DNA of 56,161 nucleotides from Thermoplasmata archaeon (GTDB taxonomy: Archaea > Thermoplasmatota > Thermoplasmata > Lutacidiplasmatales > UBA184), in contig JASHSP010000062.1 of NCBI GenBank assembly GCA_030038655.1, positions 1-56,161 of the forward strand. Reading direction: 5' to 3'. Below, piece after piece: positions 1 to 10,035 of the stretch; position 1 is the stretch's first letter; every line of letters begins with the position of its first letter. The notes under the pieces are model-generated. The model was given only the letters and a program-made list of their open reading frames with translations. It ran no database searches and was not told the DNA's origin. Position numbers and translations under genes: made by a program.

Positions 1-265
1 GGTCGCGTCTGGCCGACCGTTCCCCGTCGCGGACGAGCGGCAGTGACAGCTCGACCAGTCGGGCACGTACGTCCGGCGCACGGGGGTGTCCCTCCACGGC
101 CCCCAGAAGGTCGCGGCCGTCGCCGGCGCAGGCGCTGATCACGCGGATGGGACCGGGCGGGGAACGGTCGAGCGCTTCGCGAATCCGATCCTGCACCGCG
201 CGCAGGCGTGCGGCCATCGACCGGTCCTCATCGTAGCTTCGGTGCCACTCGACCCACTCGTCCAC
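1..265 (-). CDS. Class I SAM-dependent methyltransferase-like protein, N-terminal part (runs off window start)
   Basis: Not in the ORF track. Manual translation from GTG 265 (an in-frame GTG at 286 is an alternative): MDEWVEWHRSYDEDRSMAARLRAVQDRIREALDRSPPGPIRVISACAGDGRDLLG...ARLVEL. It has a motif I-like ISACAGDG and an acidic residue at the end of beta2. Confidence 0.75.
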   Translation of the reverse strand, partial: MDEWVEWHRSYDEDRSMAARLRAVQDRIREALDRSPPGPIRVISACAGDGRDLLGAVEGHPRAPDVRARLVELSLPLVRDGERSARRD

Positions 266-603
266 CGCCCGGCCGCCCTCGAACACCGACCACCCGGTTC
301 AAGCCGCGACACACGGTGTGAGATATGTACTCGATGAGGGCACCCCCACCCGTGCCCGAAGGCCCCCCCACCGACCGTAGAGACGACGGCCCGCGCTCGC
401 TCCGGGTCCCGGGGTGGCGCACCGGCACCACGAATTCGGGGCCCACGCCCGAGCGTTAGAGCACGATCCCAGTACCAGGTCGATCGGCACTCCACGGTTC
501 GGTTGTCCCTCCTGTACGACGCGAGCGCTGCCTTGGCCGAACGGGCGGGGGAGCTTCGAGACGCTGAGCGTGCTGGCGGCCGCGACGGAACGCCGACCCA
601 ACG

Positions 604-610
604 ATAAATA
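604..610 (+). promoter_or_regulatory. TATA-like box (ATAAATA) for the GNAT gene
   Basis: AT-rich island in GC-rich DNA, 24 nt before ATG 634; no Shine-Dalgarno. Confidence 0.6.
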
Positions 611-633
611 GCGTCCCGACGACCCCCGGGGCG

Positions 634-1206
634 ATGCGACGACCGGGGCCGGCGTCACGTGCCCCGCCGGGCCGCTTCGCGATCCGACTCGTCCGGACCG
701 CCCACGACGTCGACGTCGCCCGCCGATTGTTCCGCGAGTACCAATCGTGGCTGGCCCGTCATCGCGGCGAGGAGGCGTTCGCCGATACCATCCAGAAGAT
801 CGACCTCAGTTGGATCGACGAGGAGATCGCTTCGCTACCGGGTCCTTACGGGGCTCCGGGTGGGGCGCTGTTCCTCGCCTTCTCGGGTCGGACGGCGGTC
901 GGATGCGGGGCGCTGCGGAGGTTCGGGCCCCGCGTGGGCGAGGTGAAGAGGGTCTACGTCCGGCCTCGGTACCGCGGGCTCGGGTTGGGGCGGCGCCTGA
1001 CCCGCGCGATCCTGAACCGCGCTCGTTCGATGGGCTACCATCGGGCGGTCCTGGACACGCTGCCGGCGATGCGGAGTGCCATCGCGATGTACCGCGACAT
1101 GGGTTTCCGCCCGATTCGGGCGTACTGGTCCCACCCCGTGCCGGAGGCGTTGTTCTTCGAGTACCGGTTCCCCCACCGGGCGGACCGGTCCCACCGTCGG
1201 GGGTGA
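634..1206 (+). CDS. GNAT family N-acetyltransferase
   Basis: GEVKRVYVRPRYRGLGLGRRL acetyl-CoA motif; LDTLPAMRSAIAMY. Confidence 0.9.
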   Translation: MRRPGPASRAPPGRFAIRLVRTAHDVDVARRLFREYQSWLARHRGEEAFADTIQKIDLSWIDEEIASLPGPYGAPGGALFLAFSGRTAVGCGALRRFGPRVGEVKRVYVRPRYRGLGLGRRLTRAILNRARSMGYHRAVLDTLPAMRSAIAMYRDMGFRPIRAYWSHPVPEALFFEYRFPHRADRSHRRG

Positions 1207-1321
1207 GCCCCACCGCTCGCACCGCGGTCCCCGCCAGGCGCCGGTTCGGGCCGACGACGGGGCATTCTTAGGGAGTTCGTCTACGGTTCTTGACGGGGAA
1301 GCGCGGCACCGTGCCGACCCC

Positions 1322-1327
1322 TTTAAT
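1322..1327 (+). promoter_or_regulatory. TATA-like box (TTTAAT) for ilvE
   Basis: 26 nt before ATG 1353. Confidence 0.6.
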
Positions 1328-1352
1328 GGTCCCCAACGCTCTCGTCGACTCG

Positions 1353-2354
1353 ATGGTCGGCATACGCGCCCTGAACAAAATCTGGATGGACGGCGACCTT
1401 GTCGACTGGGACGAGGCTCAGATCCATGTCCTCTCGCACGGGCTCCATTACGGCTACGCGGTCTTCGAGGGGATCCGGTGCCACCGGACGGACCGGTGGT
1501 CGGCCGTGTTCCGTCTCCCGGAGCACATCGAACGGTTCGTCAACAGCGCGAAGGTCTACCGCATGCGCCTCCCGTTCGACGCGGACGCCCTGAACCAGGG
1601 CTGCGTCGACCTGATCCGGGCCAACGGGATCCCCGAGGCCTACCTGCGACCGATCGCATTCTCCGGCTACGGCGAGATGGGGCTGGACCCGACCAAGAGC
1701 GCCGTGCACGTGGCGATCGGGATGTGGGAGTGGCCGGCCTACCTGGGGGCGGAGAACGTCGAACGGGGGGTCCGCGCGACGGTCTCGAGCTGGGTGCGCA
1801 TCGACTCTCGGTCGCTCCCGCCGCAGGCGAAATGCGCGGCCAACTACGCGAACTCGGCCCTCGCCAAGATGGAGGCCGTGAGCGGCGGATATGACGAGGC
1901 GATCCTGCTCAACTCGGCCGGCATGGTCGCGGAAGGCCCCGGCGAGAACATCTTCCGCGTGAAGAAGGGGGTCGTGAGCACCCCGCCGGCGAGCTCGGGG
2001 ATTCTCCGCGGGATCACCCGCGACAGCGTCATCCGGATCGTGAGGGACGAGGGCATCGAGTTCCAGAGGACCGATTTCACGCGGGAGGAGCTGTTCACCT
2101 CGGACGAGTTGTTCTACGCCGGCACCGCCGCAGGGATCACCCCGATCCGGGAGGTCGACGGGCGGCCGATCGGGAGCGGCACGTACCCGATCACCGGGCA
2201 CCTCCGCAAAATCTACGAGGACGCGATCCACGGACGCTCGCCGAAGTACGCGGCGTGGCTCACGCCCGTCCCGAAGGCCTCGACGGCGTCGGCGGAACCG
2301 GCCGTCAAGACCGAAATACGCCGAGGGCCGGTAGCGACTCGTTCGCGGCGCTGA
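1353..2354 (+). CDS. ilvE: Branched-chain amino acid aminotransferase
   Basis: [15 protein letters not shown] lysine in [22 protein letters not shown]. Start moved to ATG 1353 because of the TATA position. Confidence 0.93.
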   Translation: MVGIRALNKIWMDGDLVDWDEAQIHVLSHGLHYGYAVFEGIRCHRTDRWSAVFRLPEHIERFVNSAKVYRMRLPFDADALNQGCVDLIRANGIPEAYLRPIAFSGYGEMGLDPTKSAVHVAIGMWEWPAYLGAENVERGVRATVSSWVRIDSRSLPPQAKCAANYANSALAKMEAVSGGYDEAILLNSAGMVAEGPGENIFRVKKGVVSTPPASSGILRGITRDSVIRIVRDEGIEFQRTDFTREELFTSDELFYAGTAAGITPIREVDGRPIGSGTYPITGHLRKIYEDAIHGRSPKYAAWLTPVPKASTASAEPAVKTEIRRGPVATRSRR

Positions 2355-3045
2355 GCGAGGCCAGGGTCCACTCCCGGAGCGACGCCGCCTGGGCCGGCGC
2401 CAGCACGGCCGCCGGCCACCCCCAGTGCACCGCCACCACGCTTCCCGGCGCGACGTCCGGAAGGACCCGCGGATCGTACGGGACCGAACTCCGGGCGGCG
2501 TCGCCCAGCGCCAGTCGGTCGCCGTCCCGCACGAGCGGGGACCGCTCGACCCGAAGGGTGTCCGGGAGGACTTCGAGGACACGCGCCCACGCCGGGCGAC
2601 ACGACTCCATGTTCTCGAGCGTCGTCGGAACGTGACCCGTGACCGTCCCGACGCCGACGAACCCCACGTGGAACATGTGGTGCGGCACCGGACGCTCGGG
2701 CAGGTGCTCGGCGAGGCGGTCCGCCGCCGATCGCGGGAGGCCCCGTCGAGTGAGAGCCATCAGAAGCGCCCGGAAGTCGGCGCGGTCGAACGGATCGAGG
2801 AGGCGGTTCCCGATCCAGTACGCCTCGACCACGTCGAAATCGAGCGGAGACTTCCCGTGCTTCCGGGCGATCGACTCAAGGTACGGCATGAGCGCCTCGA
2901 ACCCGCCGAGCGCGCGGCCGGCCGCGGCCAGGTCCTTGCCCGTCGTGATGGCCCGGTAGAGGGCCGGCGCGGCGTCGGCCGGCCCGCAGAAGTTGAGCCG
3001 GTTGGTGGCGATGCTGAACCGGGCGCCGAGCTGGACGCCGTCCAT
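2305..3045 (-). CDS. DUF6390-like protein with HypC-like C-terminal domain
   Basis: [39 protein letters not shown] 3045 lies 1 nt after the EamA gene stop. Confidence 0.75.
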   Translation of the reverse strand: MDGVQLGARFSIATNRLNFCGPADAAPALYRAITTGKDLAAAGRALGGFEALMPYLESIARKHGKSPLDFDVVEAYWIGNRLLDPFDRADFRALLMALTRRGLPRSAADRLAEHLPERPVPHHMFHVGFVGVGTVTGHVPTTLENMESCRPAWARVLEVLPDTLRVERSPLVRDGDRLALGDAARSSVPYDPRVLPDVAPGSVVAVHWGWPAAVLAPAQAASLREWTLASLSAANESLPALGVFRS

Positions 3046-3046
3046 C

Positions 3047-4006
3047 TCAGGTCGTGGACCGCCCGGCGGCGGTCGCGCGGAAGAGGGTCGCCACGTCCCG
3101 GAACAGGGAGCGACCGATGACCACCGCGACCCCACCGACCACGACCGCCGCCCCGATCGCCGCCGGGAGCGCATACCCCGTGCCGCGGATCGCGAGGGTC
3201 ATGACCCACGTGACCGGAAAGCCGAGGACCAGGACGGAGGTTGCGACCCCAAGGTCGACGCGGGCGAGTCCGGCGTACCAGGTTCCGACGAACGCCGCCA
3301 AGAGCAGGGCGCTGATGAGCACCCAGTTCCATTGGGCCCCGCTCATCGACCCGACCGACCCCCACTGCGACGTCAGGAGCAGGAACCCGACCAGGAACGC
3401 CCCGCCGAACCCCATCCGCCCGAGCGCGACGGTGGAGCTCGGCAGGTCGTGGAGCGTCCGCTTCGAGATCGTGTACTCGACCGCCCACAGGACCGTGGCC
3501 GCCAGGACGTACCCGGTGCCGGTCGTCCACAGCGGCGAGACCAGGGAGAGGAGCAGGAAGTTGCCCGCCAGCAGAAGGCCCGCGGCGACCACGACCCGGG
3601 GGTGGAAGTGCTCCCTCAGCACGACGAGCCCGAGCACCGTCGCCATGAGGAAGAGCGTGCGGTAGACGAACGAGGCGGTGGCCGCCCCGCCGGCGGCCTC
3701 GGCGAGTTGGAGTCCCCGGAAGTAGAGGAGGAACGGTATCGCGCCCCCCACGAGGCCGATCAGCGCGAGCCGTCCCCAGTCAACCCGGCGCAGCCGCAGC
3801 CGCGACCCGCGCAGGACCACGAGGGCGACCGGGGCGATCAACGCTACCACCACGAGGTTCCGGACCGTGACGAACGCGTCCGAGTTGGTCCCGGCCACCG
3901 CGTAGGAGTTCACGAAGGTCGATACACCACTGATGACCGCGGTCGCGAGCACCAGGAGCAGTCCGATCGCGCCGACCCGGCTCCCCGTGACCCCGTTCGT
4001 TGCCAT
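3047..4006 (-). CDS. EamA/DMT family transporter
   Basis: About 10 hydrophobic segments in two repeats; [26 protein letters not shown]. Confidence 0.85.
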   Translation of the reverse strand: MATNGVTGSRVGAIGLLLVLATAVISGVSTFVNSYAVAGTNSDAFVTVRNLVVVALIAPVALVVLRGSRLRLRRVDWGRLALIGLVGGAIPFLLYFRGLQLAEAAGGAATASFVYRTLFLMATVLGLVVLREHFHPRVVVAAGLLLAGNFLLLSLVSPLWTTGTGYVLAATVLWAVEYTISKRTLHDLPSSTVALGRMGFGGAFLVGFLLLTSQWGSVGSMSGAQWNWVLISALLLAAFVGTWYAGLARVDLGVATSVLVLGFPVTWVMTLAIRGTGYALPAAIGAAVVVGGVAVVIGRSLFRDVATLFRATAAGRSTT

Positions 4007-4096
4007 GGACGCCCGCGGGGCCGTCCAACCCGCGCAGGATATTCAGTCTTCGGTGCAGGGAACCTGACCCGAGGACGGGGCCGGCGGAGCGCGGGC

Positions 4097-4405
4097 TCAA
4101 CTCGGGGTCGGGGACGGGGCGCCCGGGGGCGATTCGCCGGTCGCCGGGGGGCCCGCGGGCACGGAGTCCGACTCGGCCAGCGCGCTCAGCTGGCCCGCGT
4201 ACTCGAGGGCCTCGAGCGCCTCCCGCTCCTCGATCTTCGACGTGGCGAACCCGGCGTGGACGATCACGTAGTCCCCCACCTCCGCCTCGGGGACGTACAC
4301 CAGATTGACCGTCTTGCGAACGCCCGAGAAATCCACCTCGGCGACCCGGGACGTCGCCCCGGGTTCGACCAGACGCACGATCCGACCGGGTATCGCAAGG
4401 CACAT
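4097..4405 (-). CDS. hypC: Hydrogenase maturation chaperone HypC
   Basis: MCLAIPGRIV N-terminus, VGDYVIVHAGFA; GGAGGA Shine-Dalgarno upstream. Confidence 0.95.
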   Translation of the reverse strand: MCLAIPGRIVRLVEPGATSRVAEVDFSGVRKTVNLVYVPEAEVGDYVIVHAGFATSKIEEREALEALEYAGQLSALAESDSVPAGPPATGESPPGAPSPTPS

Positions 4406-4472
4406 GGTTCCTCCCGAACCCTCGCGGGGGAGAACGCCGCCGGGCCTCTTGAGCGAGTCGGTCGACCGCCCC

Positions 4473-4766
4473 TCACGCGCTCGTCGGGGGGGTGCCGGAG
4501 CCCGGCTCCTCCACCACGACATCGGCCAGGACGACGTCCTGCGCCCGCGAGTCCCGGGGGTCGGGCGAGCTCTCGATCTCCAGCGCCGCGTCGCGGGCCG
4601 GCGTGTCCGCCACCAGCTCCCGCCATCGACTCCGCAGGGTCTCGGGCGAAACGTGGCAGAGCGCCCCGACACGCAACCGCACCCGGGTTATCCGGTCGAC
4701 CCTCTCGCGCCGAGCGACCTCGAGCAGCTCCCGTCGGAGGTCCCGGAGCAGGGCCTCCTCATGCAT
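4473..4766 (-). CDS. hypA: HypA-like nickel chaperone lacking the Zn-finger domain (97 aa)
   Basis: MHE nickel-binding N-terminus, RITRVRLRVGAL; no CxxC pairs. Confidence 0.8.
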   Translation of the reverse strand: MHEEALLRDLRRELLEVARRERVDRITRVRLRVGALCHVSPETLRSRWRELVADTPARDAALEIESSPDPRDSRAQDVVLADVVVEEPGSGTPPTSA

Positions 4767-5289
4767 GGCGCGCTCCGGGGCCGGAGCGGGGTTCGACGGG
4801 ACCGGCTCGGGCGATCTCGTCCGCGATCGATTCGACCACGCGATCGACGGACCGCTCGACCTCCGGGGAGAGACCGATCCCCGGGGAGAAGTCGACCCCT
4901 TCGACCCCGTACACGACCAGGAGGCCGGGGAAGCGGCCGATCGACCGCCCGAGCTGGACGGCCTCGGCCACCGAGAGGCCGTGGGTCGAGCTGGTCGGGC
5001 TCGGCGGAAAGCGGTACCCGGGCGTCGCCTCGACACGATGGATTGTTCCCGGCGGCGCCCCGGACCGCACGGCGTCGACCACGAGCACGCTCGCCTCGCC
5101 GTCCCACAGGTCGAGCAGCCCCGTGCCGTCGCCGTCGAACTCGACGGCGCGCTCCGGACGGGCCAAGGTTCGGCGAACCCGTCGGACGACCTCCGGGCCG
5201 ACCGCGTCGTCGTGCCGGTTCGAGTTGCCGACGCCGATCACGAGGGGATGCGCGCGGTCGTCACGGCCCCCTACGTGCGGCGACGCCAC
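4759..5289 (-). CDS. Hydrogenase maturation endopeptidase
   Basis: VIGVGNSNRHDDAVG, VVDAV, SSTHGL. Confidence 0.92.
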   Translation of the reverse strand: MASPHVGGRDDRAHPLVIGVGNSNRHDDAVGPEVVRRVRRTLARPERAVEFDGDGTGLLDLWDGEASVLVVDAVRSGAPPGTIHRVEATPGYRFPPSPTSSTHGLSVAEAVQLGRSIGRFPGLLVVYGVEGVDFSPGIGLSPEVERSVDRVVESIADEIARAGPVEPRSGPGARHA

Positions 5290-5299
5290 GTCCCTCCGT

Positions 5300-6595
5300 T
5301 CAGTCGCGGACGAGTTCGAGGTTCAGGAAGTGGGTGGCGCACGAGATGCACGGGTCGTGGTTCCGGATCGCCCGTTCGCAGGCGAACGTCAGCGCCTCCT
5401 GGTCGAGGTCGAGCGACCGCGCCACGAGCTCCCGGAGGTCGTCCTCGATCCGCTTCTGGTTCTGCGACGTGGGCGCGACGATGCGCGCGTCCACGATGGT
5501 CCCGGGAGGCTCGAGCCGGTACCGGTGGAACAGGATGCCACGGGGCGCCTCCGTGGTCGCCGCCCCCGAGACCGGAGCGGTGAGGGGAGGCGCGGGGACG
5601 GAGGGCGCCCCGGGGGGCCGGTACTGGTCGATGATGCGGAGCGCCTCCTCGCACGCGTAGACGATCTCGATCGCGCGCACGACGATGCTCCGGTACGGGT
5701 TCGTCACGACCGGCGGGAGCCCGAGCTCTCCGGCGACCGCCTTCGCGCGGGGGGAGAGCCGGTCGTGGTTGAGGGCATAGCGGGCCAGCGGCCCGACCAG
5801 GTACGACCCGCCGCCCTTGCGCACGGCCTGCAGCGCGTGCGAGTGCGGGACCTGGACCTCCTCGAACGCCTCCTCGAACCGGTCCTGCGGGATGCGGAGC
5901 CCGCGGCTCGAGACGAGGTCCCCCTCGTTCATCGGGTACTCCGAGGGATGGCGCAGGCTCACGAACTCGTACGGCAGCTCGAAGTCGGGAAAATCGAACC
6001 CCGCGACGAACCGGGCGGTCTCTTCGGCGAGCGCGAGGGCGGCCTCGAGGCTCGGGCGCATCCCGTCGAGCTCCTCCCGGGAAGGGCACCGGTAGAACCC
6101 GCCCACGCGGACGTTGATCGGATGGATCTCGCGGCCGCCGAGCAGCCGCATGAGCGCGTTGCCGGCCTTCTTGAGCTCGAGCCCGTGCTTCACGGCTTCC
6201 GGGTGGTGCTCGGCGAGGCGAATCGCGTCCGGATACCCGAGGAAGTCCGGGGCGTGGAGCAGGTAGATGTGCAACGCGTGGCTCTCGATCCACTCGCCGC
6301 AGTAGAGCAGCCGGCGCAGCTCCCGGATCGGTCCCTCGACCGTCATCCCGAGCGCGCGCTCCATCGCGTGGCACGCGCTCATCTGGTAGGCGACCGGGCA
6401 GATCCCGCAGATCCGCGCGGTGATATCCGGCGCCTCGGCGTACCCCCGCCCCCGGAGGAACGCCTCGAAGAACCGCGGGGGCTCGAAGATGCGCAGCTCG
6501 ACCTCCTCGACGGACCGGTCGTGGATCCGGACCCGCAGGGCGCCCTCGCCCTCGACCCGTGCGAGGTAGTTGACCGATATCGTCCGCTCGCTCAC
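5300..6595 (-). CDS. Group 3b [NiFe]-hydrogenase (sulfhydrogenase-type) large/alpha subunit
   Basis: ARVEGEG, L1 motif RICGIC, L2 motif DPCISCATH plus a cleavable C-terminal tail. GTG start overlaps the delta-subunit stop. Confidence 0.95.
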   Translation of the reverse strand: MSERTISVNYLARVEGEGALRVRIHDRSVEEVELRIFEPPRFFEAFLRGRGYAEAPDITARICGICPVAYQMSACHAMERALGMTVEGPIRELRRLLYCGEWIESHALHIYLLHAPDFLGYPDAIRLAEHHPEAVKHGLELKKAGNALMRLLGGREIHPINVRVGGFYRCPSREELDGMRPSLEAALALAEETARFVAGFDFPDFELPYEFVSLRHPSEYPMNEGDLVSSRGLRIPQDRFEEAFEEVQVPHSHALQAVRKGGGSYLVGPLARYALNHDRLSPRAKAVAGELGLPPVVTNPYRSIVVRAIEIVYACEEALRIIDQYRPPGAPSVPAPPLTAPVSGAATTEAPRGILFHRYRLEPPGTIVDARIVAPTSQNQKRIEDDLRELVARSLDLDQEALTFACERAIRNHDPCISCATHFLNLELVRD

Positions 6596-7386
6596 GGGGC
6601 CACCGCCTCCTTCGCCGCCGCGTCCGCCGCCTCCCGGAACGGCGGCGCGAGCGCGTTGAACGTGCGGAACACGCGGGCGACCGCGGGTCGCGCCATCCCG
6701 AGCTCTTCGAGCTTCCCGACGAGCGAGGCCGCGTTCGGCGTGTCCTGCGGTCCGAAGCAGCCGTAGCAGCCGCGATGGAACGCGGGGCAGATCGCGCCGC
6801 AGCCAGTCTGCGTCACCGGCCCGAGGCACGGGGTGCCGTGCGCGACCAGAACGCAGACGTTTCCGCGCCGCTTGCACTCGATGCAGACGCTCTCGGTCGG
6901 CACGTTCGGGCTCCGTCGGCCGAGGAAGGCGGAGATCACCTCGAGGAGCTGGTGCTTGTCGATCGGGCAGCCCCGGAGCTCGAAGTCGACGGGGACGTGG
7001 TCGCGGATGGGGGTCGAGGTCCCCAGGGTCTGGATGAACTCCGGCCGGGCGTACACGACGCGACGGAACTCCTCCACGTCCGCGAAGTTCCGCAGCGCCT
7101 GGATCCCCCCGGCGGTCGCGCAGGCGCCGATGGTGACGAGGGTGCGCGTCTGCGCCCGGATCTCCCGGATCCGACGGGCGTCGTCGGCGGTGGTGACGGA
7201 CCCTTCCACGAGCGCGACGTCGTAGGGGCCGTCGACCCCGGCGCTCGTCGCCTCGTGGAACTCCGCGATCTCCACGGCGCCCGCGACCGCGAGCAGTTCG
7301 TCTTCGCAGTCGAGAAGCGTCAGCTGGCACCCGTCGCACGAGGCGAACTTGAACACCCCCAGGCGAGGCTTGTGCGGCGGCGTCAT
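6592..7386 (-). CDS. Group 3b hydrogenase small/delta subunit
   Basis: [44 protein letters not shown]. Confidence 0.95.
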   Translation of the reverse strand: MTPPHKPRLGVFKFASCDGCQLTLLDCEDELLAVAGAVEIAEFHEATSAGVDGPYDVALVEGSVTTADDARRIREIRAQTRTLVTIGACATAGGIQALRNFADVEEFRRVVYARPEFIQTLGTSTPIRDHVPVDFELRGCPIDKHQLLEVISAFLGRRSPNVPTESVCIECKRRGNVCVLVAHGTPCLGPVTQTGCGAICPAFHRGCYGCFGPQDTPNAASLVGKLEELGMARPAVARVFRTFNALAPPFREAADAAAKEAVAP

Positions 7387-7387
7387 C

Positions 7388-8251
7388 TCAGACCTCCCGC
7401 ACGGCGAGGAATCGACGGATCTCCGAGTACGGGAAGACCGGGCCGTCCCGGCAGACGAACTCGGGGCCGAACTGGCAGTGGCCGCAGATCCCCACGGCGC
7501 ACTTCATGTTGCGCTCGAGCGAGAGGAAGATCGAATCCTCCGGAACGCCCCGGGCCGTGAGCGCCTGGGCGGTGAGCTTCATCATGATCTCGGGCCCGCA
7601 CAGGAAGGCGGCGGTGTTCGGCGGGTCGAACCGCGCGTCCGGAAGGCGCGCGGTGACGAGGCCGACGTCGCCGTACCAGTCGCGGCCGGCGGTGTCGACG
7701 GTCGTCTGGAATCGGAGCCCGGGCAGCGCGCGCCAGCCCTGGATCTCCTCGTAGTAGACGAGGTCCCGGGGCGACCGGGAGCCGTAGATGATCTCGATGC
7801 GGCCGTACGCGTCGCGCTGCCGCAGCATCTCGTAGACCGCCGGGCGCAGCGGCGGGAGCCCGAGGCCGCCCGCGACGATCACCACGTCCTTCCCCCGGAC
7901 CTTCGAGAGCGGCCAGCCCGCGCCGTACGGGCCGCGCACGCCGACGGTCGACCCGCTCGTCATCTCGGTCAGGGCGTGGGTGACCTTGCCCGCGGCCCGG
8001 ACCGTGTGCACCAGGCGGTCGGGCTGCTCGGCGTCCCCGCTGATCGAGATCGCGACCTCGCCGAGGCCGAAGACGTAGACCATGTTGAACTGCCCCGGCG
8101 CGAACGGATGCGGCTCGGCCCCGGGGCCGGGCGAGAGCACGAGGGTGACCGTGTCGGGGGTCTCGCGGGTTTGGCCCCGCACCACGTACGGCATCGGCAG
8201 GATCGGCGAAGGGCCGGAGGTCGTACGGTCGCCGACGGCGTCAGCTGCCAT
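7388..8251 (-). CDS. Group 3b hydrogenase gamma subunit (FAD/NAD(P)-binding, 2Fe-2S)
   Basis: [54 protein letters not shown]. Confidence 0.95.
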   Translation of the reverse strand: MAADAVGDRTTSGPSPILPMPYVVRGQTRETPDTVTLVLSPGPGAEPHPFAPGQFNMVYVFGLGEVAISISGDAEQPDRLVHTVRAAGKVTHALTEMTSGSTVGVRGPYGAGWPLSKVRGKDVVIVAGGLGLPPLRPAVYEMLRQRDAYGRIEIIYGSRSPRDLVYYEEIQGWRALPGLRFQTTVDTAGRDWYGDVGLVTARLPDARFDPPNTAAFLCGPEIMMKLTAQALTARGVPEDSIFLSLERNMKCAVGICGHCQFGPEFVCRDGPVFPYSEIRRFLAVREV

Positions 8252-8711
8252 GGACGTCCAGCAGTTGGAACTGCGTGTTCTCGAGCCGCTGCGCGATCAC
8301 GGGGAGGAGGTGCAAGAGGAACTGGAACCCGTTGGCGGGGTCCTCGTTCAGGAAGGTCCGCAGCCGGTCGGAGTCGACCGAGAACGCATGCGTCGGCTTC
8401 AGGGCGCGGGCGTCCAAGCGCCAGTGGTACGGGAAGGTGAGCCACGACCAGCCGAGCACCTCGCCCGGGCCGACGGTCTGGATCGTGAGCCGGGGTCGCT
8501 CGGGCGTCGCGACCTCCAGGGCGACCTTGCCGTCCACGATCAGGAGGAACTCGCGCGCGGGCTCGCCCTCGCGCAGGAGGAGCTCGCCGGTCTCGAACGA
8601 CCGCTCGACCGCGATACGGCTCATCGACGCCACGAGCGCCGCGGGCAGGTCCTTCACGAACGGGTGGTCGGCGAGGCGGACGCCGTCCCGGCTCGCGTGG
8701 TTGCGGTTCAT
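8241..8711 (-). CDS. Stand-alone cyclic-nucleotide-binding-fold protein (156 aa, no HTH)
   Basis: [37 protein letters not shown] overlap with the beta gene. Confidence 0.85.
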   Translation of the reverse strand: MNRNHASRDGVRLADHPFVKDLPAALVASMSRIAVERSFETGELLLREGEPAREFLLIVDGKVALEVATPERPRLTIQTVGPGEVLGWSWLTFPYHWRLDARALKPTHAFSVDSDRLRTFLNEDPANGFQFLLHLLPVIAQRLENTQFQLLDVHGS

Positions 8712-9856
8712 GGCTTCTTCTCCGCCGGAGGCGGGGCCGGCAGCCGGAGGGCCGCGACCTCCTCCGTGATGTCGATGCCCACCGGGCACCAGGTGATGCA
8801 CCGGCCGCACCCCACGCACCCGGAGGTGCCGAACTGGTCGTGCCAGGTCCCGAGCTTGTGCGCGAGCCACTGGCGGTAGCGCGACTTCGTGCTCGAACGT
8901 ACGCTCGCCCCGTGCAGGGCGGAGAACCCCGAGTTGAAGCAGGAATCCCACCGACGCCACCGTTCCGTTCTCTCGCCGGAGAGGTCCGGGACCTCCTCGC
9001 TCGTGTTGCAGAAACAGGTCGGGCAGGCCATGGTGCAGTTCGTGCACGACAGGCATCGGCGGGCCACGATCTCCCACCGGGGATGCTCCGGGTTGTTCAC
9101 CAGCAGGTCGCGGAGGCCGCCGGCGTCCATCGACCGCCCCATCGAGGCGGCGGTCCTTGCCACGACCGCCTCCGCGGCCGCGGTGTCGGTCTGCGACGCG
9201 GGGGCCAGCGGCAATCCGGAGAGGACCGCGGCCCCTTCCCGCGAGCCGACCTCGACCAGGAAGTAGTGCCGTCCGGGGGACAGGATCTCGGTCAGCGCGA
9301 GGTCGAACCCCTTCCGGACGCCGGGCCCCGTGCCCATCGAAGCGCAGAAGCACGTGCCGCCGGCCTGGCCGCACTGTACCGCGACCCGGAGTGACCCGCG
9401 GCGATGGGCCGAATACGCCGGGTCGCCGGCCTTTCCGAACACGCGGTCGGAGATGTCGATCGCCGCCATCTCGCAGGCGCGGACGCCCAGGAACGCCAGC
9501 GGCGGCCCCTCGACCGGCTCCGGTCGGACCGCGAACGACGCGTCGGTCCGGACTGCGGTCCACAGGCGCTCGTGCGCCGGGAAGAGGTACTTCTTCCAGC
9601 TGTGCGGCCCGACCGCGTAGCCGAAGAGCGCCCGGTCCGCCCGCCGCTCGAGGCGATACTTCCCGGCGTCCTGGCGGTCGGTCCACCCGATCGGCAGGTC
9701 CGACTCCTCGCGGATGTCCCCGTAGACGATCGCGCCGTCCCGGATCGTGGGTCCGACGACACGGTACCCGTGCTGGCGCAGCGCGGCGAGCAACGACGGG
9801 AAGCCCGACCGCTCGAGCACCAGACGATCCCCCACGGCCGGGCCAGAGTGAGTCAT
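8708..9856 (-). CDS. Group 3b hydrogenase beta subunit (4Fe-4S, AsrA-like)
   Basis: [49 protein letters not shown]. Start taken as ATG 9856. Confidence 0.93.
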   Translation of the reverse strand: MTHSGPAVGDRLVLERSGFPSLLAALRQHGYRVVGPTIRDGAIVYGDIREESDLPIGWTDRQDAGKYRLERRADRALFGYAVGPHSWKKYLFPAHERLWTAVRTDASFAVRPEPVEGPPLAFLGVRACEMAAIDISDRVFGKAGDPAYSAHRRGSLRVAVQCGQAGGTCFCASMGTGPGVRKGFDLALTEILSPGRHYFLVEVGSREGAAVLSGLPLAPASQTDTAAAEAVVARTAASMGRSMDAGGLRDLLVNNPEHPRWEIVARRCLSCTNCTMACPTCFCNTSEEVPDLSGERTERWRRWDSCFNSGFSALHGASVRSSTKSRYRQWLAHKLGTWHDQFGTSGCVGCGRCITWCPVGIDITEEVAALRLPAPPPAEKKP

Positions 9857-10035
9857 CGACGCACGGGGCGAAGCGCGATCGCCTCGCGGGAGGCGAATCA
9901 CGGACGGCCCTTAGAAGGTATCGTCAAGGCCGTCCGACGCGGGCGCCCACCGACCCGGTCCGTCCCGCGTCGCGAGCACCCGTCGGGATTACGTACGTCG
10001 TGCGCTTGGCCGGGTTCGGCGAAGGGAGGGCATCG

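Noticed and set aside
293-308. CCGGTTCAAGCCG, T-loop-like sequence
   Set aside because: No proper T stem, acceptor stem or anticodon arm.
1304-1316. Palindrome CGGCAC-C-GTGCCG upstream of the ilvE TATA box
   Set aside because: Short and GC-rich; likely by chance.
5300-6595. Possible selenocysteine ([NiFeSe]) hydrogenase
   Set aside because: All four ligand positions are Cys codons and there is no in-frame TGA.
2993-6766. 1257-aa + strand ORF, and similar giant ORFs such as 20590-23337, 41981-45109 and 50807-53341
   Set aside because: Arg/Pro/Gly-rich shadow frames overlapping well-supported genes; expected at this GC content.
9157-10035. Long N-terminal extensions on fhs, nikR, flavin reductase, moxR, serA and archease in the ORF track (apparent fusions)
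   Set aside because: The extensions are low-complexity read-through over neighbouring genes; downstream starts fit the motifs and TATA/SD positions.
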